Assembly (NCBI RefSeq): GCF_006345805.1
Contig: NC_043014.1
Coordinates: forward strand, 30,938,001 to 31,002,000
DNA length: 64,000 bases
Direction: 5' to 3'
Origin: Octopus sinensis
Lineage: Eukaryota
A program made the position numbers and the translations under genes. Positions 12,987 through 26,335 of the stretch are shown here, piece by piece (within the stretch, counting starts at the first letter, position 1; each line of letters starts with the position of its first letter). The notes under the pieces were generated by a model. The model saw only the letters and a program-made list of their open reading frames with translations. It was not told where the DNA came from and searched no databases.

Positions 12987-13435
12987 TCACATAAAATATA
13001 TAAAATCTTACTGTTAACAAAAGTCGGGATGCATGGCGTTCAGTTAATAAATGAAAAATGCATTAAATACTAAAAAACATACACGTAAGACAGGCACAGA
13101 TGGACCCTAATTCTTCAGTTATCAACTGAAATACTCAGTTTCATGCCTTTAATTATAAGACCAAGAACTTCGCATATCGGTGGCACAAAGATTGAGGAGA
13201 ATTAGGGCTCAAGCAAACAAAACGATGCAGAGTGGATGTACAAAAGTAAACAAATGTAATTTAAAACAATTGATGAAGATGGAATAAATACAGCCTTTTG
13301 GCCAAACAGACATGAATGCTGGGTAACACCTGGAAGAAACCCTGAATGGATATAGAAAGAGAAATAGCAAGAGAGGAGATAGATATTGACCGGCAAGCTA
13401 AGCGTCCAGTGCCAAAAGGCAGAGAGATGAGAAAA

Positions 13436-13622
13436 TTAGTCATGGGTCACATGTGAACAGTAGATAGAAGGGAAGGAGGATGAGAGAGAGGGAGAGAGAG
13501 TGGCAGAGTGAACAAGGAAGGAGAATGTCTATAGTTATGAGTGAGAGGACGAGAGAGCGGAAGAGAGGATGATGGGATGCTAGAAAAGGAATATGAAGAC
13601 AAAAGAGAAAGAAAGAAGATAG
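13436..13622. repeat. GA-rich ~187-bp direct repeat, copy 2
   Basis: Begins TTAGTCATGGGTCAC; shares ATGAGTGAGAGGA and AAAGGAATATGAAGACAA with copy 1. Confidence 0.85.
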
Positions 13623-14292
13623 AGGTCCAACATCCTGAGTCTAGTCCTTACCACTTCATCCCATGTCTTTCAGGGTCTCTCTCTTCTGCGGGTACCATCC
13701 ACTTTCAGTAATTGGCACTTCTTCATTCATACGCATCACATGTCCCAATCTACACAGTCTTCTCTCTTGCATGCTACATTTGGTTCCTCTTATGCCCAAC
13801 TTTTCTCTCTATACATTTGCACTTTGTTGTACATGCATACTGATGTTGCACATCCAACAGAGCATACTACTTTCATTTCTCTTCAGTCTGTGTATGTCTT
13901 CTGCATTCAGAGCCCATGTCTCACTACCATGGAGTATAGCCGTTCATACACAAGTTTCATACAATCTATCCTACACTCTGAGAGAGAGTCCTTTTGTTGC
14001 CAACAGAGGTAATAGTTCTCTGAACTTCCTCCATCCTATTCTTATTCTAGAAATAATACTTTCAAATCATCCTCCACCATTGCTAATTTGGTCACCTAGG
14101 TAACAGAAACTATCTGCTACCTCAAGAGAGCCTTCCGAGTGTTTGAGAGAGACTAAGTCCTGTGTGCTCTTAGTGCTTATTGTTCCTGCACATCTGCCAC
14201 ATATGAAGACAACTTTATCTGTTAATCTACTTGTGATTCCAATGCCCCTCTTATGTGTCTATAGCTTACATTGGGTGCAATGAGTGGAATGG
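13623..14292 (-). mobile_element. Decayed RTE-clade LINE fragment (Cys-rich insert plus RT C-terminal region)
   Basis: Minus-strand translation HCTQCKL*THKR..GITSRLTDKVVFICGRCAG..LEVADSFCYLGDQISNGGG..RIRIGWRKFRELLPLLATKGLSLRV..LHGSETWAL carries the RTE hallmarks YLG and LxGSETW, with stop codons. Confidence 0.9.
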
Positions 14293-14667
14293 CTTCTGTC
14301 TACTAAATCCACTCAGAAGGCTTTTGTCAGTCCAAGGCTATAGCAGAAAACACTTTCCCAAGGTGCCATGCAGTGAGACTGAACCTGGAACCATATGGTT
14401 GGGAAACAAGCTTCTGACCACACAGCCATGCCTGCTAACTTTTTTTCTCTAATGTCTTTCCTTGTTTTGCTGCTGGTCTTGTGCCCTGTGCGAACAACAA
14501 TGTTTTCAGGAATTTTGCATTCTCCTTGAAATTCTTCATGCTGTTTACTGAAAAGGAATTGTCAGGAACATTCTTTATATGTATCATCATACTTCCTTTG
14601 GACCTGTGTGTGTCCATATTATATATACATAGATATATATGCATCCATATATATATACACACTTTTA

Positions 14668-14998
14668 TTCTTTTACTTGTTTCAGTCATTTGACTGCAGC
14701 CATGCATGCTGGAGCACTGCCTTTAGTTGAACAAATCGACTCCAGGACTTATTCTTTGTAAGCCTAGTACTTATTCTATCAGACTCTTTTGCCCAACTGC
14801 TAAGTTACAAGGACGTAAATACACCAGCATCAGTTGTCAAGCGATGGTGGGGGGACAGACACAAACGCACACGCACACACGACGGGCTTCTTTCAGTTTC
14901 CATCTACCAAATCCACTCACAAGGCTTTGGTTGGCCAGAGGCTATAGTAGAAGACACTTGCCCTAGGTGCCACACAGTGGAACTGAACCCGGAACCAT
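14668..14998 (-). mobile_element. SINE family A, near full length, low divergence
   Basis: Complete match to the family layout, including the internal CA tract and GAAGACACTTGCCC. Confidence 0.9.
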
Positions 14999-16152
14999 AA
15001 GAATTGGGAAGGGCATCAAGTTGTAGAAACCATGCCAAATCAGACTGGAAACTGTTGCTGCTCTCTGATTTACCAGTTCCAGTCAAATTGTCTAACCCAT
15101 GCCAGCATGGAAAGCAGACCCTATATGATGATGATGATAATATATACAAACATATATATGTATAAAATTCAGGTAATATGTCTGATAATATGAAACGTAT
15201 ATGATTAGCGCTCAGGTTGACCTGTTGCCTGGACTTACTATATAACTGTTCAAAGAGAATACCAGATATACCATTCAACATTCCCCAACTGATCTTTTAT
15301 CGACCTCTTGTGATCTAAACTCCTGTAACATTCAGTTCCACTCTCATGTTGTGTCAATGTTTAAATATATAAATGTCATAATCTAACCTGATACCAGTTT
15401 GCCTGTTTAGACTTTTATACTATTATATATATGTGTATATACACACACACACACTTATATATATACACAGACATAGATACAGATGCACACACAGACTCAC
15501 ATTTGTGTGTGTATATGCATGTATTTGTATATATATGTGCATTTGTGTCTGCTGCATCCTCGTGATTAATTTTCACTCTCTTTCTCTCTCTCTCTCTTTT
15601 ACTCACCTCTCTCCCTCTTTCTCTACCCACTCCTTTCTCACTACTACTGTATTCTTTTTGTTATAAAAGAGTCTGCCATATCTGATTTTTCATTATTTGC
15701 ATGTCTGTCTGCCTGCCCTCGTGATTTATTCCTTTTTCTCTCTCCTTCTTCGTTTCTGTTGCACACATACACACAATCTCACACATGCACACACACACAC
15801 ACACATACACACGCATGCACACACGTGTCTGTCTGTGCATGTGCTTAATTGCTTGTATGTTTCTTTTTAAAGCATGTGTGGTTGTGGGTGTGTTGTGTAG
15901 GTGTGACTGTCTGCACCCACCTGATTTTGTTTTTCTATGTGAAGAAGGTATCTTTGCTTTTACTTTGTTGTGTTACATGCGTGCAGTTGTATGTATGCTT
16001 ATGCAAGTGTACATGTCTGTGAGTTTCTATGTTGTGCTTGTGTTTTTGTTTCCCTGAAATTCTTGATATCTGTATGTGTGTGCATGAGTGCATCTACATT
16101 TCATCTCACTGTATGTGTATACATACATATATATTTTCTGTCTGTCTCTCTT

Positions 16153-16242
<90 letters not shown>

Positions 16243-16247
16243 ATATA

Positions 16248-16306
<59 letters not shown>

Positions 16307-16437
16307 TACATACACATATACACACATGTATATACATATACATACAATCTTCATTTTCCTTGTGTGTATATATGTATATCTTCACTCCATCCATGAGTAT
16401 ATGTGCATGTCTGTATGTATACATTTAAACATACATA

Positions 16438-16479
<42 letters not shown>

Positions 16480-16507
16480 GATATATATATATATATATAT
16501 AGATAGA

Positions 16508-16539
<32 letters not shown>

Positions 16540-16904
16540 TAATCTTCACTTTTTCCTTCTGTGTATATACATATATCTTCACTCCATCTATGTGTGTCTG
16601 CTATCAGCTTAACTTGCAGTATACGATAGAAATTTGTTGATCAGCTGTCCCTGATTTCTGTTTGGGTCCCTTACAAGATTATTGTGGCGGTGAGGACATG
16701 TTGGTAGTGGTGAGCTGCAAAAGGGGTAGTAGTTATGGTATGGTGGTGTGTTGTGGAAGTGGTAGTATGTGTGGTAGTGATAGTGAAGGGTGGAAAAGTG
16801 TTGGCAGCAGTGCATCTTTGAGCTTTCCATGTAGATGTTGATGGAATTTTTATGAATGTATATTTGAGTCTGTTTATGTCAGTGTGTGTGTGTGTCTGTG
16901 TATC

Positions 16905-17268
16905 TTTTATCTTGTTCCAATCATTAGACTGCAGCAATGCTGAGGCACCACCTTGAAGAATTTAATTTTTTGTTAAGTCTGGTTCTTATTTTATCTGTCT
17001 TTTTGCTGGACCTCTAAGTTATGGGGACATAAACATACCAACACCACTTTTCAAGCGTGGGAGAGGGACAAACACAGAGAGAAAGTTGCATACACACATA
17101 TTTGTATGCATATATACAACAGGTTTCTTTCAGTTTCTGTTTATCAAATCCATGCAAAGCTTTGGTCAACCCGAGGCTATAGCAGAAACACTTGCCCAAG
17201 GTGCCATGCAGTGGGTGAACCCAGAACCATGTGGTTTGGAAGCAAACTTTTTATCACACAGCCACACC
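16905..17268 (-). mobile_element. SINE family A
   Basis: Collinear with 14668-14998. Confidence 0.8.
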
Positions 17269-17870
17269 TGTGTCTATATGCACGCACACACACCACTACC
17301 ACCACGACCATCATCATCATCATCATTATTATTTAGTATCGGTTCTCCATGCTAACATAGGTTGATGAGAACTGGTAAGGCCAGGGACCACACCAGGTTC
17401 CATAGTCTAGTTTGGCCTGGTTTCTACAGCTGGATGCCCTTCCTAACACCAACCACTTTTATAGTCTGTACTGCGTGCTTTTTATGTGGTACCAGCACCA
17501 ACACCAATGCTTTTTTGTGTGGTGCATTGGTTTTAGGATATCAACTCTGTTGTGGTGGGCAATGCAACCAGCCATTTTATAGAATATGTGGGGGACATTT
17601 TATTCTGCCACTGACACTAGAGAGTATCTGTTTTTCATGTGTGCACACATCCATGCATCTGAATATGTTTATGTTCAAAATCATATACACACAAGTTGAT
17701 AGTCCAGTATTACTCACATACACACTATGTGTGTGTGTGTGTGTGTGTGTGTATAAATATGCAGTTCAGTATTGTAAAATACAGTCATAGTCTCCTGTGT
17801 TATATAGCACCTTCACAGCTCTTTCTTGCCGGCAAGTATGACTTAGTAATGTGTACTATGCCTTCATTAA

Positions 17871-18541
17871 CCCTTAACCCTATAGTATTCAGATTACTCT
17901 GTTAAATATAATATTTTTTTTACTCAAATTGTTTTGAATTAATCAAGCATTATCTTATAGCTTTGAGGTTTCAATGATGTGATTGTTTATTTTTAGAATG
18001 TTAATGTAGGTTAGGTGTGAGAGGCTAGATATTGCCAGTTTGAATAGAAAACATGTAGAATATCTGGGCCAGATATGGCCAGTTTAAACACTAAAGGGTT
18101 AAACAGTGGACATCATCAATTGATGTTTCAAAAGTTTTACATGGATACAGCCATCACTATTTGGTGCCTGAGTGTCTACTTCTACAAAATGCACATAGGT
18201 GTAAGTAGCCCTTATCATTGACAGAAATCAAGTTGCAAATGGAAGATTTATACAGTGATAAAGAAGTTTTTGCTAATTTTCCTTTATCATCAGATGATGA
18301 TGATAATGATGACATTCTAGATAACACGAAAGAAAATGATTCTTCAACTAACTCTGGATGGAAAATGTGCCACAATATTTCTCCATTTCTGCATTTCTTT
18401 GATAATAATGTGGGAATCTCAAATGAATCTATACTCACATCAGATGCAAAGGAAAGTGAATATTTTACAGCATTTTCAGACGAGATGATAAATTTTTGTT
18501 TTTGCATATTTAAAGTGAATATAAGTAAAAAAAAAAAATGA
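17871..18541 (+). mobile_element. piggyBac-like transposon left end and N-terminal transposase remnant, interrupted by a MITE
   Basis: ORF 18218-18541 has an acidic tract, then W..P.L.FF...GI...EYFTAFSDEMINF, resembling the piggyBac DDE_Tnp_1_7 N-terminal xYFxLFFTDExI motif. Removing the MITE restores TTAA|CCCTTAAACAGTGGAC. Confidence 0.6.
17878..18098. mobile_element. TTAA-flanked piggyBac-type MITE, family 1, complete
   Basis: TTAA(17874-17877)|CCCTATAGTATTCAG ... ACACTAAAGGG|TTAA(18099-18102). Confidence 0.9.
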
Positions 18542-19189
18542 TTTTTGTGTTTTGCCCATTTAGCTCACATATTCATGCGACCCTTTGGTTTAGGGTGCCT
18601 TTGTAGTTGCAAACTAGATACAGATGTCAGTTTAGACTTCCTATCTTTGACCAAGCAGCACATTCAGGATGAGGCAGCTGGAGGAAGAGAGGGCTGTACT
18701 TGCACTTGGCTGGCAGTTATTTCAGCTGGAGCAATGATAAATGAAGTTTCTTACTCAAGAATGCAATGTGCTGTCCAGTCCAGCAATTGAACTCAGAACT
18801 TCAATCCAACACCCTGACCATACACACACACAAAATTACACAGCCCAGTATTATAAGTGTGCATACACAGCTGTATAGCTCAGCATTATACACACAGCTA
18901 CACTGTCCATTCCAATATTATACATACACACTTAGTGTTACACACACAGTGTTTCGCAGTCTAGTCCATCGTCTATTTTTCTGTCTGTCTCCGTTTCTCT
19001 TGTGCATACACACACACACACACACACCTACACACTTCAGTGTTATACAAACACATACGTAACTATACAGTCCTGTGTTACACTAAAACTGTGAGGTAAG
19101 AAACTACTTGAAATTGTTTGTTAAACAGCTTCATTACTGGTGATAGCTTAATGATGCTATATAGTAGTACATCTGTTATTGTTGCTGCT

Positions 19190-19205
19190 CTTCTAGCAGC
19201 AGCAG

Positions 19206-19271
<66 letters not shown>

Positions 19272-19330
19272 TTGTTGTTGTTGTTGCTATAGTTACCACC
19301 ACCACCACCACTGCAGCTGCAACTACTAAT
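19190..19330. repeat. (CTA)n-centred trinucleotide array
   Basis: Direct inspection; the poly-T/poly-V ORFs are artefacts. Confidence 0.95.
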
Positions 19331-19672
19331 TGCTTTGTTTTTGCCAGTCTCACTAATTTCTTTGCTGACCTTAGTCTACTAAAATCACTGTTGATGGACT
19401 GTCATTGTAATTATCTATCATCTTTGAAAGAGGCTACTACTGCTTGCCCTCCTCCTCCTCCATAAACAACTAAAGAATCTTCCTCCTTATCAATGCTACC
19501 ACACCAACCAGCATCAGTACTTATGCTGTGAAAAAATATGGTGGATTGGTGGTGGTTAGATGAAACCCTTAAGGTCATCAAATAGTCACTTTAGTATCAT
19601 TTGACCAAAAAAAAAAAAGTACACCACTGTGATCACCTACCGTTAGTTATATGCTAACTAATGAGGAAGTTT

Positions 19673-20090
19673 CTATGCGGACATTTGATTTGCTAGGAAT
19701 AGCAACAACTCCTTCAAATCACACCCTATCATCTTATGAAAGGAAAGACGGTGCGGTCGGTAGTCTTTGGTGTCTTCTATAAAGTTGCTAAATTTGAGTC
19801 TTGCATACTTGAGACTGTAGCTTGTGATGTTTACTGCAAGTTCTTTAGCCTTGTTTAGATCATTCTCTTCTATCATTTTGAGAACTTTATCCATATATCT
19901 TCATTCATATAATCGCTTTCGGGCTCCAATTTTATCTTCATTTATTGGTTGGATTTGAAGGTAACATTGGATAGCAAGGACTTGTACTTTATTTTACCAT
20001 CATTACTGACAAGTTACAACTAACTAGGTTGATCTATTGCATTGTCCAAAATTAGTATTACTTTTACTTCATTAGCAAAAACTTTGAGGA
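19673..20090 (-). pseudogene. pogo/Tigger (TIGD/Jerky-like) DDE_1 transposase remnant
   Basis: Minus translation VILILDNAIDQP..LVSNDGKIKYKSLLSNVT(fs)IQPINEDKIGARKRLYE.RYMDKVL parallels the family motif LLILDNAPAHP..LPPNTTSLIQPMDQGII..KRLY. Contains stops and a frameshift. Confidence 0.8.
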
Positions 20091-20324
20091 CATTTTCCTG
20101 GCACTACAGGAATGAAACATGAGGGGGGAAAATGCTGATGGGGGAACCAACACACTGAAAGCAACCTAAGGGGTCATCCTGCTAGGACATTTATTGACAA
20201 ACTGGTTAAAAATTCCAGTCTATTGAAGAGCTGCCTACCAAGAGCAATGCAGGTTAAATAATTCTGGAGACTAGTGGTTGATAATATTCATGTATAAATG
20301 AAACAGTATTATTATTTATTAATA

Positions 20325-20540
20325 AGGCTGTGAGCTGGCAAAATTGTTAGCATGCTGAGGAAATGCTTAGTGTTATTTTTGCCTGTTGCTCTGTTCTGAG
20401 TTCAAATTCCACTGAGGTTGACTTTGCCTTTCATCCTTTCGGGGTCAGTGAAATTAGTACCAATTGAAGACAGATCGATGTAATCAACTCATCCCCTCTC
20501 CCCAAATTGCTGCTTTTGTGTCAAAATTTAAAACCATTAT
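20325..20540 (+). mobile_element. SINE family B
   Basis: GAGCTGGCAAAATTGTTAGCATGC..GAGTTCAAATTCC..GACTTTGCCTTTCATCCTTTCGGGGTC followed by a (TAT)n tail. Confidence 0.85.
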
Positions 20541-22999
20541 TATTTATTATTATTAAAAACGTCACACAGTATCCAATATCATGATGTTGATTGAAGATAT
20601 TGTGTGTACGGGGGGGGGGTTTATTGTCTGTCAAGCCACAACAAGGACCTCAAACTGACATTACTTTATGCAATATGCATGCATTTCCAAGTAATGCTAA
20701 TTTTTGTAATACTCTTATATTGTAGGCTATTTCTAAAGTTCCCAGGTGTTTCTTCGGGTTGGGTGGTATTGAACCCAATGCTCCAATGACATATCATCAT
20801 CATCATCAGTAGTAGTAGTAGTCGTATATTCCATTTCTAAATCACTACAATCCTCATCCTAGTTTCAACATTCTTGATAGCCATATACTTAGCTTGTGCA
20901 GCAGTGCAGTATTTGGAATTTTTGCATCTTGGAATGGTGTTACTGCAGTATCATTGGTGAATAAAAATCATTTTGTCACAACCTTCTCAGGATTATCTTT
21001 TGCAATTCTTATATGTTTCCTTGCCCCAGCAGTTAATGATTTAGAATTTACATCAGTATCCTATTTCAAAGAAAATTTAATGGGCTTGTCTTTAGCCTTG
21101 TGTCTGCCTAAAACTTTACTTTTTATCATCATATTTCTCACAAACTCTTTATGCTGAAGCACTGGCTTCTGTCTTACTTTAATAAGATGTAGTTTCTAGT
21201 TAACAAATAGTCACATGTTTCATGTTTAGATTATTCCTTTCACTTGAGTACCCGATCTAAAATACAAGGCTGAAAGATGCATTTTCACTGAAATATGAAA
21301 AAATACTGAGAAACATAAATTATGTTGCATATAGTGGTTATTATTACAATGTGCACTGTGTTACTGCGCTGAATCTACTAGTCTTGCATAGTAGTATAAT
21401 TCGATAATAAACATTAACTTGAAGCTGTTTTGACCTGACTTAATTTTTGTTTCTTAGCATGTATTAAATTTCAAAGTAAATAGTAGCCAGATTGTATCAC
21501 ATTACCCCAAAACAAATATTATTATTAAAAACGGTCAGTTTCATGTAATGAATTTTCAACAAATTTTTATATAAAATGTAGTGTTTATTGAAAGGGAGTG
21601 TGAGAGCTAATAAGAAAAATTGAATATAAACAAAGAGAATCCGGGAGAAGAAAGCAACATCTGAATTCAAAAGATAAATTAACTCTGCTACTAGTGATGA
21701 CAGCAGGTGCAGTGATGATGATAATATCATTGAAATATCTCCAAAAAATTATAAGGAAACTAAGTTGTGTTGTTTTGGTGGTTATTTATCATGATGTGCA
21801 CCATTCTGAACCTACACATCTTGCACAAGTATTTCTTAAAAATAAATGTGCAATCTCCAACAGAGGATGATAATGGTACATCATCAACAGTTATGGTGAT
21901 TGTGACAATGATATCATCAGTTATAATGATATCAGCAGTTATTATATCATATATTAGTAGTTGTAATAAGGTCACACTTTCAATACCACATGTCTCAAAT
22001 CACCAAGCAATCAGGAAGGAGGTACCAAATCATATTAATGCTGATATAAACTGGCATCATATCAAGTGGCAGATCTGTAAGCATTGGCCCATGACATTTA
22101 GTTGTTGTTCCAGAGGCATTCACATTTACCTATAGACATCCAGACACACCATCTTCTTCAGAACAATACTATAGAAAAAAAAAAAAAAGAATACTCCCTA
22201 TCTCCCATCTAATCAAACAAGATTGCATTGATGAGCTAATGAATCAGCATGTATGCTAGAAATAGCAGTCAAATCCCCTTCAGCTCACATCTTAGCTTAA
22301 AAAAAGACATTAGATAATATAGTCTTAGATAATATAGTCTAAAAAGATGGATTGGTCATGATTGGAATTCCTTTGATTATAGTTCTTCTCAGTGATGATC
22401 AGGAGCTTGACAAGAACAGCAACAAACAAACCTGGCAAGAAAAAGTTGTGATTTGATCCCAGCTGCCTTGCTGCATACTTTATTGGTCAACTACTGCATA
22501 CAGAAACAACATGACTAACTTGGGCTACAAACTCAAAAGTTCAGCTGTGTATTTCAGCAATACTCTTAATTCTGCATATGTAACTGCCAAAAGGTATCCA
22601 CCAGATGATCAGAGATTGTTGTTTGAGACACACTGGTCTCTTATCAGTTAAAAATTTCACAGGTGTGGCTGTGTGGTAAGCAGCTTACTCCCCAACCACA
22701 TGGTTTTGGTTTCGGTCTCACTGTGTGGCATCTTGAGTGTCTTCTAATTATAACCACAGGCTGGTGAAAGTAGCGTGAGTGGATTTAGTAGAATGAAACT
22801 GAAAGAAGCATGTGGTGTGTGTGTGTGTGATGCTGTCCTCTTGCCTGGAAACAAGTGAGGGTTGGCATGGGAAAGGGTAGCCAGCCTTAGAAAATCTGCC
22901 TCAGTAAACTCTGCCTGACCAATGTAAGCATGGAAAAGTGGGTGTTAAACCAGTGCTGATGATCTCATTTGCTTAAAGCCATAAAACTGGAGCTAAGTA

Positions 23000-23520
23000 C
23001 TGATCCTTGGGTAAAAACAAAACAAAGCAAGCACATCGTCACTGGTCCCCAGAGACATTTTAATCAATGTGAGGTGGGAATATGTGCTATAGCTCTAGTT
23101 TGGGCTGACACATGTTAGATGTGATATTGTTAGAGTTAAAAGTTGCTTCCAAATCATATTGGTTGGTTGTCTTAAAATTGTAGGTCTCTTCTGATTAGCA
23201 ACTAGTTGGAATCTTTAGGGTAACAGATAGAATGCCTTGTTGTGTTTGTTCTGGTTTTTTACATTGAGTTCAAATACCATTGTAGCCTATTTGGGTTGGT
23301 AGGCTTAATCTGTTGCCTGGTTTAACATCACCACTTGGTCCTCGAGGGACTTTATCAAAGCCCACTCTGCTGCAGGCATTTGGCCTTGGTCCTTCTTTCT
23401 TTACCAAGTTTCATGGGCCATGAAAAGGAGCATTGATATGGTCATTCAATATGACAAAGCACCCAACACCAGAGAAGAAAACATTAATGTCAAGTTTAAA
23501 GCTGTCATCTACTGTAGAAA
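23000..23520 (-). mobile_element. Probable decayed LINE AP-endonuclease domain
   Basis: With frameshifts, the minus strand gives VILNDHINA, ALIKSLEDQVVMLKPG..PT and NVSGDQ, loosely matching GDFNA / L..LN..PT / SDH. Highly degenerate. Confidence 0.35.
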
Positions 23521-23543
23521 TGCTGTTGATAAAGGTGCTTTAA

Positions 23544-23758
23544 CCCTTTCATTACTGTATTTATTTTGAGATACTTTGTTTTTAATTACTCTAAATATAA
23601 CCAAGAATTTAGTAAAATAACTTAGTGATCATTCAGCTAGTGTTAGGAACATAAATTGTGTCTAAGGTTTGGTGGAAGATTTTAATTCAAAACTTAGGAA
23701 AATTAGACATTTGTACTTAGAGCCAAAGCTGGTTTCAGTTGGGTTGGTAACGAAAGGG
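23544..23758. mobile_element. TTAA-flanked piggyBac-type MITE, family 2
   Basis: TTAA|CCCTTTCATTAC ... GGTAACGAAAGGG|TTAA. Confidence 0.85.
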
Positions 23759-23824
23759 TTAACATAGTCACATGAGTCCACCCAATATAGCACCCAAAAT
23801 ATTCCGTCTACAATAAAGTCTGTC

Positions 23825-24155
23825 CAATCTTAAAATATCTCGAGTCTTTTTTTAAAAAAAAGAAACACTACCCCCACCCTCACAGCTTCCTCAGTGATAA
23901 TTATTGAATGAGTTGAGTTAGAATGCTAATCCTAACACAATGAATGTGACTCAAACTGATACCGCACACATATTTGCATGTGGTGCATATTTGTAGGCTG
24001 AAGTTGCTAAGTGCTTTGATGAGCAGTCTCTGTGACATTGGTTTTTGTTCACTTGAAGCTGATTAGGACCTCTCAGCAGAAGTTAACAGCAACAATAGTT
24101 GTTAGACCAACACTGCAGGCTGGATAACTGGTGTCTTAATTCAATACAGCTTTGA
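23825..24155. repeat. Near-identical ~330-bp direct repeat, copy 1
   Basis: Matches 26336-26688 with 3 substitutions and 2 small indels by eye. Confidence 0.95.
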
Positions 24156-25149
24156 TGCTGCACTAATTGTTACCTATGGTATTAACTTGCTGAGTTGTTG
24201 CACTTACTGATTAGCAGCACTGATGTGCATTTGTAAATAGTTGCAGTCTTTAAGATGCTATTTGTTTATGCTTTTGTTGATGATTGTGATTATGGTGGTA
24301 CTGATTATGATGTAGGTGGAAATGCTGATGGTGGTGGTGGTAGTGATTATGTTATTATTGCTGTTAAGTTTTTTTTTTGTTGTAATTGCATACACAGATG
24401 CACATGTGCAAGCATAAGTATTCATGCAGATACACATTCACATAATTCATGCATACAATCACATTTATAGACAGCTATGCACATACACATGTTTTACATA
24501 TCCAGTTATACACTTTTAGATGCAGACACGATCCTACACTTTATGTCCATGGTAGAGACTCCTATGTGGTGGCTCAACCTGTTAAAGTGGTTAATCTCCT
24601 TCAAATGATATCCCATCATCTTTAAAGGTAAGACATTGGATGATATCACCTTAGATACATTGCAACAAAATAACAAAAAAAAAGGAAAAGAAGAAAAACC
24701 ACAATGGACACAGAATGCTTTTCATTGTAGACCTCCTCAATTAGGGTTGACCATTCACATAGAAATACTGTACATGAAAAAAAGAAAGATACACACATAT
24801 ACATATACCTACATAGTTTTCTGCTACTAATGTTGCATATACACATTATCATTTGTAGTGCCTAACCATTCTGATCTTGAAAATGGTTGATGTTTGGCTG
24901 TCATTTAAAGTGTGAGTCAGTTCATATCACAAGTCATTAGAGCTCTAATGTTCTTTTTAATGACTCTGTTGATGATAATGGTGGTGGTGGTGGTGTGTGC
25001 GCTCGCACAGACACACACACACACACATTTGTGTAACTGCTACTGTGTATCTTGCATTACATTCATATATTAAGAGATAGAGTAGTAATGAAGTCATTAT
25101 GGTATTGACTGATATTATATTGCGGTGATTGCTGTTGGTACCATCTTTG

Positions 25150-25830
25150 CTGCAAATTAAATGGCATTAGTGCCAATAGAAATGTCTTAGCTCTACATTG
25201 CCCCAGTTCATCTGGTTGTCTAGAGATGTATAGGTATCAGATCATCTGCCAGTGTTGCTTGACAAAAGCATGGATGCCATTCTATTTCATTAGGTTACAA
25301 GTGATAAGAGTTGTAGAATAAGATGGATGCTCCAGATAAGGGCCAAGCCTAACGAATCAGCTTCAGTTCACAGTTATGTGGAGACAGCTTCTGAGAGCTT
25401 TATGTTATTATCTTTTAATGGTATGGCTGTTCCAGCATATCTCCTTTGCTATCCTCCAGGGCAATGCCTTTCCCATTTTGTCTGCTGGGAAATGTGATGG
25501 TCTGAATTATCAAAAGGGTTAAACTCATACATAACAGGTTAGGAAACACACCAGAGTTTAAGCCTTCTAATATGAGCATGCATGTATTGATCCCTTTATA
25601 GACATCTGAGCTCCAGCATCCTGTGTGCAAGCATTTTAGTGGGAGACCCAATGTGTCAATACCTGTTCTTAATGTTGCTAGCTTGTTCTTGTACACCTTT
25701 AGCAGAGGTAACTTTGTTGCAAGCGTTAGAATAGTTCCAGTTCCTTTGTCTATATTTCTCCTTGCAGATTGGGCATTATAGCTACATCAAGCTTACCAGT
25801 CTGGAAGTGCCTGCAGATGTGATGGCTAAC
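25150..25830 (-). mobile_element. Possible decayed CR1/L2-like LINE ORF2 fragment
   Basis: Higher-complexity, more GC-rich sequence whose frameshifted minus translation loosely resembles the endonuclease-RT linker. No single decisive motif. Confidence 0.3.
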
Positions 25831-26335
25831 ACCTTTTCATGCAGACTTATTCATATATGCATGGACAACCACTCCACTCCTAATTTATAAAAATAGGAAA
25901 AAAGAAACAAAAATAGCACTAACATTCTATGAAGGATGAAATTTGTCTCTGTAAGGACAAGTCTTGTTAGGAATTTGCTGAAACGGCTGTGTCTGCTACT
26001 CAGAGTTGATATAGCAAACAACATAGAAGTCCTATGGTGATTCACCATAACTTGATTGTTCTATTATTGCATTTGGATTGATTTAAGGGTAGTTTCTACC
26101 TTGCTGTTCCTCTTTTAATTTTTTTTTTAGGGTCAGTACTATTAACTAAAACCCATGAAGTAGTGTCTCCTATGGATGTAGGCCAATAATGAAAAAATAA
26201 AGGAATACATAAAAGTTTTTATATACTCTTCAAGTTTTTAAGGACTGATGCTTAGCCCTGGTTTCACTGTATTAAGTGAATGACAGATAAATCTCTTTTT
26301 TGATAGGATACCAATAACATAACCTTATGATCTGA

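Noticed and set aside
13104-13145. Hammerhead-ribozyme-like motifs on the minus strand (GAAA-CTGA..TCAG-TT followed by CTGAAGA)
   Set aside because: Only 5 nt (GATAA) separate the putative cleavage site from CUGANGA, so stem I cannot form, and no stem II partner adjoins GAAA. Not a canonical hammerhead.
21497-21730. Hydrophobic 77-aa minus ORF suggestive of a membrane protein
   Set aside because: It is the antisense of A-rich sequence, which is hydrophobic by codon bias; no splice signals or receptor motifs.
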